Shown one piece after another: positions 54,201-63,187 of a stretch of 64,000 nt of DNA; the stretch's first letter is position 1; every line of letters starts with the position of its first letter. The translations under genes and the position numbers were made by a program. The notes beneath the pieces are model-generated. The model did no database searches and was not told the DNA's origin. It saw nothing but the letters and a program-made list of their open reading frames with translations. Origin of the DNA: a virus (taxonomy: Duplodnaviria > Caudoviricetes); IMG/VR virus record IMGVR_UViG_3300044655_000343, positions 870 through 64,869 of that record; one strand, 5' to 3'.

Positions 54201-54576
54201 TATAGAATAAGTTATCCGCAGTTGTAGTTGCACTGAAGTCAATGACTACAAGGAATGTATTCTCTTCATTAATACTGTACCAGTAGTACCATAGATCATG
54301 AGATGATGGTACATTTGCTAGAGAATATAAATCCAACCGCACAGCAGCAGATGCAGTATCCCATGATGTAGCCTCGGCTGCAGTCTTCTGGGGTACAATC
54401 TCAAAGCCGGGTCGCTTCTCAAAGTTACGCTCTAGGGAAACTAAAGCATTATCAATATTTTCTGCTTCGTTTGGTTGCCGTCTATTAGGCGACTGTCTAC
54501 CAACAGAGTTAGTTGTGAAGACAGGGAGTTTAGTTGAGGCATAGCCACTCTGTGGGCTTCGTCTGCGAATAGCCAT
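51271..54576 (-). CDS. Tail tubular protein B / nozzle (T7 gp12-like), 1101 aa
   Basis: SVGRQSP..R, KRPG, WSARTTGDKTTNPGPS, FKDRLWFSADDVIFS, DPIDI; follows the gp11-like gene. Confidence 0.9.
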   Translation of the reverse strand: MAIRRRSPQSGYASTKLPVFTTNSVGRQSPNRRQPNEAENIDNALVSLERNFEKRPGFEIVPQKTAAEATSWDTASAAVRLDLYSLANVPSSHDLWYYWYSINEENTFLVVIDFSATTTADNLFYIFRVYPTGTWEDLTPANQDTEAVVSATSRAYITHNPNNSKTAKESLKAVSLGSSVVVLNKNVRAGFSSDVTGNPTTDGKLFDLNGVVTATDDINGRKIKYYTAARVAKVFDTGADTIPSTEDDVLLGWRPALLTGIAGGGSASHIKLDSSASNVDDAYNWMTITVTHATGLSEVRLISNYVGGTTKEAYVTTNWTTHPSATSRYSINISTLDVTGALVTGGAIGVSTVRLASSASFTDDAYKGQSIVFNGFAQVYTITGYVGSTHTATISPALQSVVANGTTYHIYITNADYISADDYYYYNTAQAYLGSRVDDLSTIRLPPEKDDWFSNNSKLSSTTDTTARAMLRSLYDSDTLLNGIIDGRGKIFFTLNPYLNTTSGYYRVISWNPAEQTYYYDPADTTKGIYTYSGVTVVGPNTITHTTAITTTGRPYLQKIRTPDEHSYIDPRRMPQKLVVSIDASNVTAWNIEPIKWSARTTGDKTTNPGPSIFKTVDRKSLKHVKINSIAVFKDRLWFSADDVIFSSEMGEYESLFLKDAENIITTDPIDIRVSSNSYCEITSMTPFEEYMFINTKANIQFQLMSAAGMELSPSNVAVAPVTYYGTAPILDPQFIGSRLYFFDSQKLFLFTGKGTMGYASAVEVSSTAAGYLPKNYRTAATAPAQDTLLFVDDDQRNHIYGYVNRFSGDRVVQNSFYRYILDDTESIETLQCFANNMYVVSKRETVAGSGTYTYYLYRNYMLNEDVYVPRLDRMFKMKIINSDVQAVNYNAKYDPYTATTTYRIPGHTNITDISKYFVVLFKGWFNNGFSQNEDLSNVAIQPYSVTNITDGSNLYTEIVVIGANYAIQDYYVYIGLKFKMNVELSTLFVRDENNNIIDGVLNIRSAIFRHYFTGPYDIEVTHRGRPAFTTSYIPTRPEYTIYEDTLPLEIFQKQGEFVSKILGYSDSTVIKITSEYPTPVNITNMEFKGKFKQKYTTIDT

Positions 54577-55253
54577 TAAATACCTCCGGTACGCCAGTAC
54601 CTAAAACGATTCGGATCACTGAAATAACGAGTACGCATGGCAACATCTCTAATCATATTACTATTGCTAAAGATGTTTTTCTTCTTATCATTAATATCTG
54701 AAGCTCTGCTCTTAAGATTAAAGAGTTGCTCTTGGTATCCCAAGAAGGCATCAGTAGCTTCATCACCTTGAGTAATACTCTGATAGTGACGCATAGCAGT
54801 AGCCATGATAGCTCTCTGTACTGAAGTCTCTAGGTTCTCCCAAGGGAGTTTCATAGTTAGTTCAATGTAATAAGGACCTTTACTAGCTTCCCATACATCT
54901 GTATCATCAGTAATATTCCACATACGAGCAGGAGATGCATTGTTTAATACTCTTGCTTTAATAAGCCAGTTATCTTTATTCACATGCTGTGATACTAACT
55001 CAGCAGCAAGGATACCAGACTCATCCGAATCTGGAGTAGGTAAAACAATATAGCCATCTGCCATAAGTTCAAACTTACGGATATATTTATTATTAGCAAG
55101 ACCTCTTAGCTGATGATCAATGCTTGCTTGTTCAAGTAGAGTATCAGCAATACCAGTATCAATACCCGACTCACCCTCAAGGTCAGCTACAAGGTTCTCA
55201 CCTGAAGCCAGTAGCATATGATTAATTGCCTGTAGCTTAGTTATTAAGCCCAT
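54576..55253 (-). CDS. Tail tubular protein A (T7 gp11-like)
   Basis: KLQAINHMLLASGE..V..L and LPWENL; directly after the capsid terminator. Confidence 0.9.
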   Translation of the reverse strand: MGLITKLQAINHMLLASGENLVADLEGESGIDTGIADTLLEQASIDHQLRGLANNKYIRKFELMADGYIVLPTPDSDESGILAAELVSQHVNKDNWLIKARVLNNASPARMWNITDDTDVWEASKGPYYIELTMKLPWENLETSVQRAIMATAMRHYQSITQGDEATDAFLGYQEQLFNLKSRASDINDKKKNIFSNSNMIRDVAMRTRYFSDPNRFRYWRTGGI

Positions 55254-55275
55254 AGTAGCCTCCTTTAGTTGTTAG

Positions 55276-55313
55276 AAAAAACCCACCGACTCCCACTTAA
55301 GGGAGCCGGGGGT
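55276..55313 (-). terminator. Terminator after the major capsid gene (T-phi-like)
   Basis: ACCCCCGGCTCCC-TTAAGT-GGGAGTCGGTGGGT-TTTTT. Confidence 0.85.
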
Positions 55314-55384
55314 AGATAAACGATCACCTCCGATTCAAACTAGTACTAATAATAGAAACTTGTTATGAAGGAGAAGAGTAATCA

Positions 55385-56653
55385 TTAGCTTGTGAAGTAT
55401 TCGCCACCGAAGCCACCAGTGTAGTTAGCAGCAGTACCACCTTTTAGGAAAGTAGCAATATCATCACGAGCATCGGCAGCACCAGCAGATGCACCACCAG
55501 TGATAAGCTTGACCATTTCAGGCTTGATAATACCAGTACCCTTAAGCATGCTGCCTACGGTGAACTGAGTATTACGGCGAACATCCTGTACGGTGTCAAC
55601 CTTCATGCCCATGAGGGAAAGACCAGCAATTGCTTCTGACTGGAAGATAACACCATAAGTTGCAAATGTAGAGCAGTCTAAGTTATACTTAGAACCACCA
55701 ATGTTATTAGCAGCAGTGATGTGATTGAGTTTTGGAATATGGTTAGTCTTAACAATCTTGACACCCATGTAATCAAGACTATCAGTCATTTGATTATAAC
55801 CCTGTGAGATTGGCGCACCAGCACCATATTCATCACTACCAGTAAACATTGGATTATTTGCGTAGTTACTAACAGTGTTGATAACACCAGTAACTGCTGC
55901 AGCACCTACGTTATTATAACCAGTGAAAGCTGATCTTGGGATACCAAGAGCACGGATTACTTGGAATACCTTTGGAGGTACAGCGCAATAAACACTACCA
56001 ACTGCAATATCATTCTCCTGACAGGTAACAAGATAATCTTCAATTGCCTGAAGAATCTGTAGTCCTTCATTATCCGTAGTTGCAGCAATCAAACCAGAAA
56101 CAGTTCCACTTGCAATCTGCTTTGGAACATGGAAGGCAGCAGCTGCAAGACCACGAGGATCTCCAGTTACTGGTGGTAAAGAACCTGCGGCTACAAGTGC
56201 CATCAGAATCTGACGGTCACGGGTATTAGCAAGGGTGAGTCCAGCCTGACGAGCCAACTCAGAGCGGTAATCCCACTGAGTAACGAGCAAGTCAACATTG
56301 TCGGTTTCAAAGTGAGCTGCCATAGGACGCTTATCAAGATTGACCTTGATAGTGGTCGAAGTAGCATTGGTTTCACCACTGAAACCACCAAGCTCAACAC
56401 CCGAATTCCAAGATGGATTAAGACCAACAGTACCCGTGATTGGGAACTCATAAGAGAAGCCACCAGTAAGAGTCTTGGTTGTGATCATATTTTCAAACAT
56501 GTTGAATTGATCATATGCATTGATTACTTCGCCAGACCAAAGTGGCAACCAGAGCTTATTAAGTGGAGTTGATCCACCCGAAGTGTTGTCTGAAATGCCA
56601 GTACGCGGAAGTGTAAAGTCAGCAGCAGCAATATTTGTACTATTAAAAGCCAT
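55385..56653 (-). CDS. Major capsid protein (T7 gp10-like)
   Basis: LWLPLWSGEVINAY, KTLTGGFSYEFPITG, DYRSELARQAGLTLANTRD, MGVKIVKTNHIP, GTGIIKPE. Confidence 0.95.
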   Translation of the reverse strand: MAFNSTNIAAADFTLPRTGISDNTSGGSTPLNKLWLPLWSGEVINAYDQFNMFENMITTKTLTGGFSYEFPITGTVGLNPSWNSGVELGGFSGETNATSTTIKVNLDKRPMAAHFETDNVDLLVTQWDYRSELARQAGLTLANTRDRQILMALVAAGSLPPVTGDPRGLAAAAFHVPKQIASGTVSGLIAATTDNEGLQILQAIEDYLVTCQENDIAVGSVYCAVPPKVFQVIRALGIPRSAFTGYNNVGAAAVTGVINTVSNYANNPMFTGSDEYGAGAPISQGYNQMTDSLDYMGVKIVKTNHIPKLNHITAANNIGGSKYNLDCSTFATYGVIFQSEAIAGLSLMGMKVDTVQDVRRNTQFTVGSMLKGTGIIKPEMVKLITGGASAGAADARDDIATFLKGGTAANYTGGFGGEYFTS

Positions 56654-56839
56654 TGTAGTATTCTTTCTTAAAAAAGATCATATCATTCATATCAAATTGT
56701 AAGACAAAAAAGTTCTCAACCGTTCGATTATTCCTAAGGGAGTCTTTTTGTTGAGTGAGTTTAGCCAAGGGTTATCCATTACCATAAAGGGGGATTTACC
56801 CTTTGGCTAACCTCAGTCGATCCGTTGTCTTGCTACGGA

Positions 56840-57769
56840 TTATTTGGGTAATTTTTCAAAGTTAGTACGCATCATTCGCTGCTCAACATATGCACGATAC
56901 TTAGGATCGTTGTTAAAGCCCGGATGATTACGCTCTGCAGAGAACTCTCGCTTAGTTTGATAAGCAGTGATTCCCTGCTGAGTCGATGCAATAGGGATCT
57001 GCCCCTTTGCACTTGGCTTGGGTTCTGCACCCTTGCTTGTCTGTGTGGTCTTAGCATACTTAGCTTGAAGCCCATAGAGGGCTACATCCCAAGATGCCGA
57101 TGCTAGGTTCTGATTGACTGAAGCTTGTTCTGCAGCACTGAGATTCTTGCTAGCCCAGACAAAGAGTTTACTCAACTCGTCTCGACCACCAACTAACTCA
57201 GATGCCTTAGTATAAGCCATCTCAATCTTAGCCTTCTGTCCCTGCATATATTCATTAACAACATAATCAGGAAGACCAGTCTTCTTCTTAATGACTTCCA
57301 ATGTTTCAGGCGAGAGATCATTGTTGGCTGTGAACTCAATGGTCCACTGCTTCCAATCATCTGAGGATGCCGGGATGTTTTCTACCTTGGCTACCTCTTC
57401 AACCTTGTTCTCTGGAATCTTTAAGACCTCTGGTAGCAAAGGAATTACTTCCTTCACAGGTTCTACCACAGGTTGTCCCGTAACTGGATTAGTAGTTGAC
57501 GGGGTGTTTTCATACTTCTTCTTCAGATCTGCGACTTCTTGTCGTGACTGAGTGTATCCCTTTTGAGCAGTCTTTAAACTCTCAAACCAAGCTCCGGCAT
57601 CCTTGAAGTTTTCAGGGACAGCCATACCTTGGTTTCTTACATAAGCATCAAAGGCTACTTTCTCACGAGCAAGCTGAGCATCCTCTGGAGTCGATGTAAG
57701 AGATTGTTCCGAAGACATGACTGGAGTCTCGGAGGATTGTTCCATCATATCGGGAGTCTCTTCATTCAT
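56840..57769 (-). CDS. Capsid scaffolding protein (T7 gp9-like)
   Basis: PENFKDA, VGGRDEL..LFVWASKNLS, and C-terminal DPKYRAYVEQRM. Confidence 0.9.
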   Translation of the reverse strand: MNEETPDMMEQSSETPVMSSEQSLTSTPEDAQLAREKVAFDAYVRNQGMAVPENFKDAGAWFESLKTAQKGYTQSRQEVADLKKKYENTPSTTNPVTGQPVVEPVKEVIPLLPEVLKIPENKVEEVAKVENIPASSDDWKQWTIEFTANNDLSPETLEVIKKKTGLPDYVVNEYMQGQKAKIEMAYTKASELVGGRDELSKLFVWASKNLSAAEQASVNQNLASASWDVALYGLQAKYAKTTQTSKGAEPKPSAKGQIPIASTQQGITAYQTKREFSAERNHPGFNNDPKYRAYVEQRMMRTNFEKLPK

Positions 57770-57790
57770 ATTGTGTATCTTTCGTTAAAT

Positions 57791-57883
57791 TTAATAAGGC
57801 TTCTTCTTTGAGGCGGCTTTCTTAACTGCCATCTTCTTATCCATCTTCTTGTCCATCATCTTCTTAGCTGGTTTCTTCTTCAT
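57791..57883 (-). CDS. 30-aa Lys/Met-rich basic peptide
   Basis: MKKKPAKKMMDKKMDKKMAVKKAASKKKPY; AAGGA RBS; fills the gap before the scaffold gene. Confidence 0.65.
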   Translation of the reverse strand: MKKKPAKKMMDKKMDKKMAVKKAASKKKPY

Positions 57884-57895
57884 AGTATTCCTTTC

Positions 57896-58207
57896 TTATG
57901 CGAATACGCGATAGGGAATCGCTGGTGCGGGATCAACAACAGGAAGCAACTCAATCTGTTCTTCAGTCATCTCAAAACAAACACGGATGTTTGTATGGAA
58001 TCGTGAGTCAGTTGTGCCGGGTGTAATAACAACACCTTCTTCATCTATAATTGGTGGCTTTGAAATTGAGCCGATATAATCAATAGCAACTAAACCAGTA
58101 GGGACTAGGGTTGTCACACCTTCGTGTACTTGTTCAGCAAGAATACCTGCAGCTACGAGAGCGGCATCGGTTTCTTCTTTAGTATCTGTTCGTAATTGAT
58201 AATCCAT
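57896..58207 (-). CDS. Small acidic protein, probable fibre assembly chaperone
   Basis: 103 aa, ID.IG.I...G...FH.NIR...P..P.RVFA pattern, directly after the fibre-like gene. Confidence 0.55.
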   Translation of the reverse strand: MDYQLRTDTKEETDAALVAAGILAEQVHEGVTTLVPTGLVAIDYIGSISKPPIIDEEGVVITPGTTDSRFHTNIRVCFEMTEEQIELLPVVDPAPAIPYRVFA

Positions 58208-58217
58208 AATATCTTTC

Positions 58218-61200
58218 TTAAGCTGTGATTGATTGGAGTTGAGCGTTAGTTAATCTAACAGGATAATATTTAAAGCTTTTAATACAAGCATATAAATTAT
58301 CTCTAGATGTTGCAGCCAAACTAGTTGCATTACACCCTAGTGTAATATAACTCCATGTTGCTGGATTTGGTGCATTATTACCACCACTACTAGTCATTGT
58401 TCCTGTTGATAAAGCACCATTTAAACTAGATGAGAAAGATAATGCTAGACCAGTATAAGCACCATATGATAATGCTGTCAATGACTTTGTATTGCCACCT
58501 CTAGCTAAACTACCTACTGAACCACCCCACCAATTTGCAGTCAAAGTAAGTGCATCGGCTCCACCATAGAAATGCCCAAACCAAGAACCGTTTGCATAAG
58601 GAGTACCAAACTGTGATGGGCTAGTTGTTCCACCACGAGGAAGTTCTGTTTCAACAAAGAAAGTTCCTTCGTTTGTGTTTAACTTCATTGTGGCTGTGTT
58701 TGTAACTGCCAACAGATCAGGAGTCCGCGTGACTGTACCCGAACCCGTAGGAATATAAGAGGATGCGCCGGAGCCAGCCTCTAGTTGTGCGCCCCACACA
58801 TAATAAGTACCAGCCGCTGCATCATCTGCTACATATGCCCAAATGCTTGTACATCCTACTGGAGTTGTAAAGGTTCTAGTAACACGCTGAAAGTTTGCTG
58901 ATGCTGGTATTGGAATATTCTCAACAATAAACGTACCCGCCGATGCGTTGTAGATTTTCCAATTACATATACCTGTACTTTTAATCCAGTACGAAAATGT
59001 ATATGTTGTGCTTGCTAATACTGTAATGTTTGTTTGAACTGCTCTTGCGTATCCAGTCGTATAAACCAACTTTGTTGTAGTATTTGTATTATCCGGAGCA
59101 ACTAAATCAGTGCTGTTGAATTCCACAGTAAATGCTGGACTTGATGAAGACCACTCAGTACCCGCAATTGTTTGACTTCCTTTAATTAAGTTTGCCGTCT
59201 GCCCTTCAATTAACAATCCTCTTGGCTGCCCAATGTTTGTAGGACTATAGTCGAACCGAGGGGCGTGATAAGCTGCTGTGGTCGTTGGGTAGTAGGTCTG
59301 AGCGGTGGAGCCGGGGTTTATCTGCAAGCCCCAAATGGCAACGCCTTGGGCTGCAACACCAGTAAAATTTAAGCCTGTGGGGTCTGTTGATGTGGAAGAA
59401 GCCATGAACACATATACACTTGAAAGTGAGGTATAAGTTCCCGTAAGTGTAATTCGATACCAACCGTCATCAGTTACCTTAGTAATTGTCGCTGCTCGGT
59501 TTGGCGCAGTTCCACCAACCGCCCCTACCACACTCCCAGCATCAATTAAACTGAAGATTGCAGAAGCAGCCACATATCCGTTTGCGTTAATACCAACTCG
59601 GTAATCTGATCCAATTTGTTTTACATAAACACTAATTGTTGTTGCGCCAACCATTGCAATTGGCGCGCCGAATTGCAGCCGATGATAATCTGAAACTAGT
59701 GTTGGATAGAACACAACAGCAGTGTTGCCTGTTGGTGATGTAGTGGTTGACCGCGATAGGATTGCATTATCGTTGTAGTTTGAGCCTGTAGTTAGTAATT
59801 CAGAAAACGGAGCAGTATTTGCCCCTGCGTACTCCACATACCCACTTGAGTTTACAAAGGTCGCAGTACTTGGTCTACTAAAAGTTAAACCACTATTTAT
59901 TAAATCTGTATGGCTAGACATACTTAAAAAATCTAAATTCAGAGTAGGTGCAACATAGTCAGGTGAAGTAAGTTGTTGTAATTGTGAATTAGAAAGTCGT
60001 GTTGGAAAGAATTTAAATTGTTTTATGTGTCCGTTTCGTATGCCATCTCGTGCAAACTCAAGGGATGTAACAGCTTCAAATGTACCAGCTGCTTCACCAA
60101 GTCCAACAGTGTTTCCATTTGCCGAGTAAGCAAAATCATTTGTCTTCAATGCAAATGCAGTTTTGTAAACGGCGGTTGTGGTGATGTTGGTTGGAGATCC
60201 TGATGGTGAGTCAAAAGTGAGAGCATTTGCTGGATTTGATAAATAACGCGCTGATGCTCCAAGTCTTCCATCGGTGTGTCTGGTGTAGTTACTTATTCGT
60301 AAACTATTTGCAGCACTAATTAATCCCCAACTATTTGCAAAGTTACTTGGTGCTGGCACAAATAAATTGTCACCCACAAAAAGACAAGTGCCTTCTGTGT
60401 TATTAAACCAAGAAGAAAAGTTAGTCCCAGTAATCTTACAATCATCTCCATTCCGCTGGACCGTACTTGCACCCGTAGGTATATAGGAGGATGCACCAAA
60501 GTTAGCTTCTAGTTGTGCGCCCCACACATAGAACGAAGATCCGTTACCAATATAGGCTTCTCGTCCATAATCACTTGTGTTAACGGAAGACGTAGCAGAA
60601 TCTAATGGAACAATAAACACAAAGCTTACAGCTGCTGCAAGTGTTCCAGTTAATTGTATGCGATACCAAGAGTTGGGATATGGAGTAACAGTAGCACTAG
60701 CTGCTGTTGCTGTTCCAACTGCTGCGGCTTGTGTTATTACACCAGTAGCAGTATTAACTGTCACATAAACAAAGTTTCCAGCAGCAGATGGAAGTACAAG
60801 TCGGATGTATCGCGTACTGCCAGTCCCAGCCTTTACCCAAACGGAAGCCGTGTAGGTTCCCGCTGCTGCGGTAAGCCCCTGATAAAGCGAACGAGAATTA
60901 TTAGCAGTACTTTCCGTACATAGATTTGCTGTATTCGTGTTGTCTGGTGCAGTCCCGCCAGTTGCAGAAATAGATGTATAAGAACTTGGAATGCCACCTT
61001 GAATAGTCCACCTAGTGGCTTGCGTGACATCTTGCGAGTAATACAGCGCATTCTGCGTCTGCCCCTCAATCAGCAGTCCCTTTGGCTCCCCAATGTTCGT
61101 AGGGCTATAGTCGAAGCGAGGGTCATCATATTTGGCTGTTGATGTAGTAACAATTAAAGGTCGAGCAACAAATCCCATTTCGGCTTGTGCGCCCCATACA

Positions 61201-61877
61201 TGAATACTGTTGCCAACAACGCCAAGAAATGACCATGACCCGTAACTAGTATTTTCAGCAGTTCCTAGTTGGATGTTTGCATCAGCACCAGTAGCACAAG
61301 TAATTGAAAATATGCATCGATACCAATCGGTAGTTCCAACACGTTCGATGCTTCCGGTAATCCCATACCCTGCATTAGCAATCGAATAGGAACCACTCCC
61401 GGTTAAGGTGTAAAATATAAGTGCATCACTGCTTACGTTATTGTCTCGTATCCATCCAACGGTTCGATTAACACCTTTTTTCATGTACACACTAGCGGTA
61501 TATCTCATACCACGAATGCTTCCAACCGCTTGAATTAATGCATGAACATTGTTAACAGCAGTTTCACTTATCTCAGTTGCTGTATTGCCATCATTCGGAT
61601 CTGTCGAACTAACGCGAGTTACGTTAAGAGCAGTCCAAGATGCATTGGCTAACTCATTACTTCTTAGCCATAAGTTTGATTTTGTCCATTCAACGTAACC
61701 GCTTGAGTTTATAAACGTGGCATTGGAAGCGCGGGTAAATGTCAATCGTGGATCAAGAACACCCTTAGTAAAATCTAAGTTCAATGTAGAACCATCTCCT
61801 CCCTCTATAGGAAGCAAACGATTCCGTTGTGTCCTCCATGCAGGAGGATCTAAAGTCCATGTTCGATTACGATGCAT
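58218..61877 (-). CDS. Fibre/spike-like protein with tandemly duplicated beta-sandwich (lectin-like) modules, 1219 aa
   Basis: Two copies of TLNLDF..LTF.R.S.ATF.NSSGYVE...PRFDYSPTNIG.P.GLLIEGQT.N...WGAQLE...ASSYIPTG...RL.N.QLQ..T. Confidence 0.75.
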   Translation of the reverse strand: MHRNRTWTLDPPAWRTQRNRLLPIEGGDGSTLNLDFTKGVLDPRLTFTRASNATFINSSGYVEWTKSNLWLRSNELANASWTALNVTRVSSTDPNDGNTATEISETAVNNVHALIQAVGSIRGMRYTASVYMKKGVNRTVGWIRDNNVSSDALIFYTLTGSGSYSIANAGYGITGSIERVGTTDWYRCIFSITCATGADANIQLGTAENTSYGSWSFLGVVGNSIHVWGAQAEMGFVARPLIVTTSTAKYDDPRFDYSPTNIGEPKGLLIEGQTQNALYYSQDVTQATRWTIQGGIPSSYTSISATGGTAPDNTNTANLCTESTANNSRSLYQGLTAAAGTYTASVWVKAGTGSTRYIRLVLPSAAGNFVYVTVNTATGVITQAAAVGTATAASATVTPYPNSWYRIQLTGTLAAAVSFVFIVPLDSATSSVNTSDYGREAYIGNGSSFYVWGAQLEANFGASSYIPTGASTVQRNGDDCKITGTNFSSWFNNTEGTCLFVGDNLFVPAPSNFANSWGLISAANSLRISNYTRHTDGRLGASARYLSNPANALTFDSPSGSPTNITTTAVYKTAFALKTNDFAYSANGNTVGLGEAAGTFEAVTSLEFARDGIRNGHIKQFKFFPTRLSNSQLQQLTSPDYVAPTLNLDFLSMSSHTDLINSGLTFSRPSTATFVNSSGYVEYAGANTAPFSELLTTGSNYNDNAILSRSTTTSPTGNTAVVFYPTLVSDYHRLQFGAPIAMVGATTISVYVKQIGSDYRVGINANGYVAASAIFSLIDAGSVVGAVGGTAPNRAATITKVTDDGWYRITLTGTYTSLSSVYVFMASSTSTDPTGLNFTGVAAQGVAIWGLQINPGSTAQTYYPTTTAAYHAPRFDYSPTNIGQPRGLLIEGQTANLIKGSQTIAGTEWSSSSPAFTVEFNSTDLVAPDNTNTTTKLVYTTGYARAVQTNITVLASTTYTFSYWIKSTGICNWKIYNASAGTFIVENIPIPASANFQRVTRTFTTPVGCTSIWAYVADDAAAGTYYVWGAQLEAGSGASSYIPTGSGTVTRTPDLLAVTNTATMKLNTNEGTFFVETELPRGGTTSPSQFGTPYANGSWFGHFYGGADALTLTANWWGGSVGSLARGGNTKSLTALSYGAYTGLALSFSSSLNGALSTGTMTSSGGNNAPNPATWSYITLGCNATSLAATSRDNLYACIKSFKYYPVRLTNAQLQSITA

Positions 61878-62824
61878 TACATTGCTCCATAGAAAGCATT
61901 ACAACCGCCAGCTGTAGTAGTACCTATAAATTCAATTTTAACTATTTCACATCCAAGTGTATCTACTAATACAAAAGCAGAGTCATTCATACTAGTTGCA
62001 TTATAAATTTTACCATCGCCTTGAGTCTTAGTGATAGTTGCAGAAGTATAGAATCCTGTAAAACCTCTAAAGTTTATTACTAAGTTTGGAGTTACAAGAG
62101 ATGAAGGCACTAAATTAGTAACAGTAGTTGTAATCTGTGTTGAAGAATCAATAGATTGAATTGTAGCACCAGAACCAAAAGTACCAGTACCAGAACCAGT
62201 TACTAAAGTTTGACCAACAACTAATCCAGCTGTAGATGGAAGAGTAATAATCTTATCCATAGCATCAAAGTTAACTGCACCTACAGTGTTATGAGGCACA
62301 GTAACTGTAAACTGAGTTGCAGAAACAATAGTTGCAATAGCTGCAGAAGTTCCAAAAAGACCTGCTCCAGAATTCTTACTGAATGTCATGCCAACTGTTA
62401 AATTAGCAGTAGTTCCCGCTGTCAAAGTTACATCGGATCCAGCTACTAGTGTTGCAGTAAGTGCTTGAGCACCCTTGATAACAGCTTTAGATTGAACTGG
62501 AGTAAATACACATGAAGTTGTGTTCTGTGCTGATACAGTTCCTTCAAACAATAGTTGAGGAATATAAGTAGGTGGAACACTAGCAACTGTATTCCAACCA
62601 GTAACTTTAAACCGTGGCGTTGCGCCTACGGCAGTTAAAAATACAGGAGAGATCTTAATATAATTAAGAGGAGAACTCTGAATAGTTCCACCAGTAGTTG
62701 GCAATGTGGTTGTAGGAGAATAAACTGGATATGTAGAAGCATTGGCAGTAATTCCAAATGGAGCTAATAGCTTCATTGGTTCTTGCACCGTCTTTAACTG
62801 TGACATTGTGTGTGTATGAATCAT
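61877..62824 (-). CDS. Putative structural protein with an internal repeat, 315 aa
   Basis: Thr/Gly-rich; two copies of TA.L.VG.T...SG.G.FG..A.I..I.S.TQ.T.TV. Confidence 0.65.
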   Translation of the reverse strand: MIHTHTMSQLKTVQEPMKLLAPFGITANASTYPVYSPTTTLPTTGGTIQSSPLNYIKISPVFLTAVGATPRFKVTGWNTVASVPPTYIPQLLFEGTVSAQNTTSCVFTPVQSKAVIKGAQALTATLVAGSDVTLTAGTTANLTVGMTFSKNSGAGLFGTSAAIATIVSATQFTVTVPHNTVGAVNFDAMDKIITLPSTAGLVVGQTLVTGSGTGTFGSGATIQSIDSSTQITTTVTNLVPSSLVTPNLVINFRGFTGFYTSATITKTQGDGKIYNATSMNDSAFVLVDTLGCEIVKIEFIGTTTAGGCNAFYGAM

Positions 62825-62922
62825 TATTTTTTATCTTTCTTTGGGTACACTATCTTTGTAGCGTCTTTGCCCGTGCATGTGGTAGTCTTACCACAGTTAC
62901 ATTTGTATGTTTTCTTTGCCAT
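62824..62922 (-). CDS. 32-aa basic Cys-containing peptide
   Basis: MAKKTYKCNCGKTTTCTGKDATKIVYPKKDKK; TAATG-coupled to the downstream gene. Confidence 0.5.
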   Translation of the reverse strand: MAKKTYKCNCGKTTTCTGKDATKIVYPKKDKK

Positions 62923-62986
62923 GTTTTACCACTTGACTTTACTATAGCAAGCATCTTTAGCTTTAGCCATTATGTGCTTTCTATAA

Positions 62987-63187
62987 TTAAGGAATATTAA
63001 TAGGAGGAATAAATCTTGGAGTTGAACCTGCTTCGTATGTCCATCCACTATCACATAGTTCGCCGTCAGCAAGTTGTAGTAGTTCAGTGCCTTCAGGTGG
63101 TGACCACGGCGCAATACCGTCCCACACAATAATAGTCCAAACAATGCTTGATTGAATAATTGCGTATTTATATATCATGTGTAGCAC
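62987..63187 (-). CDS. Small fibre-associated protein
   Basis: YAII...IVWDG..PWSPPEG...GWTY...F.PP pattern commonly found after Gly-rich fibre genes; probable start at MIYKYA. Confidence 0.6.
   Translation of the reverse strand: MLHMIYKYAIIQSSIVWTIIVWDGIAPWSPPEGTELLQLADGELCDSGWTYEAGSTPRFIPPINIP

Noticed and set aside
55314-55400. T7 10B-type capsid frameshift extension
   Set aside because: No clear slippery site and no long alternative frame before the terminator.
60321-60335. Fifth copy of the promoter motif (ccccaactat)
   Set aside because: Only a 10-nt partial match, inside coding sequence and lacking the GCTA end; plausibly chance.
58218-61877. Diversity-generating retroelement template/variable repeat pair
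   Set aside because: The similar segments are an in-frame domain duplication differing at all base types, and no reverse transcriptase is present in the window.
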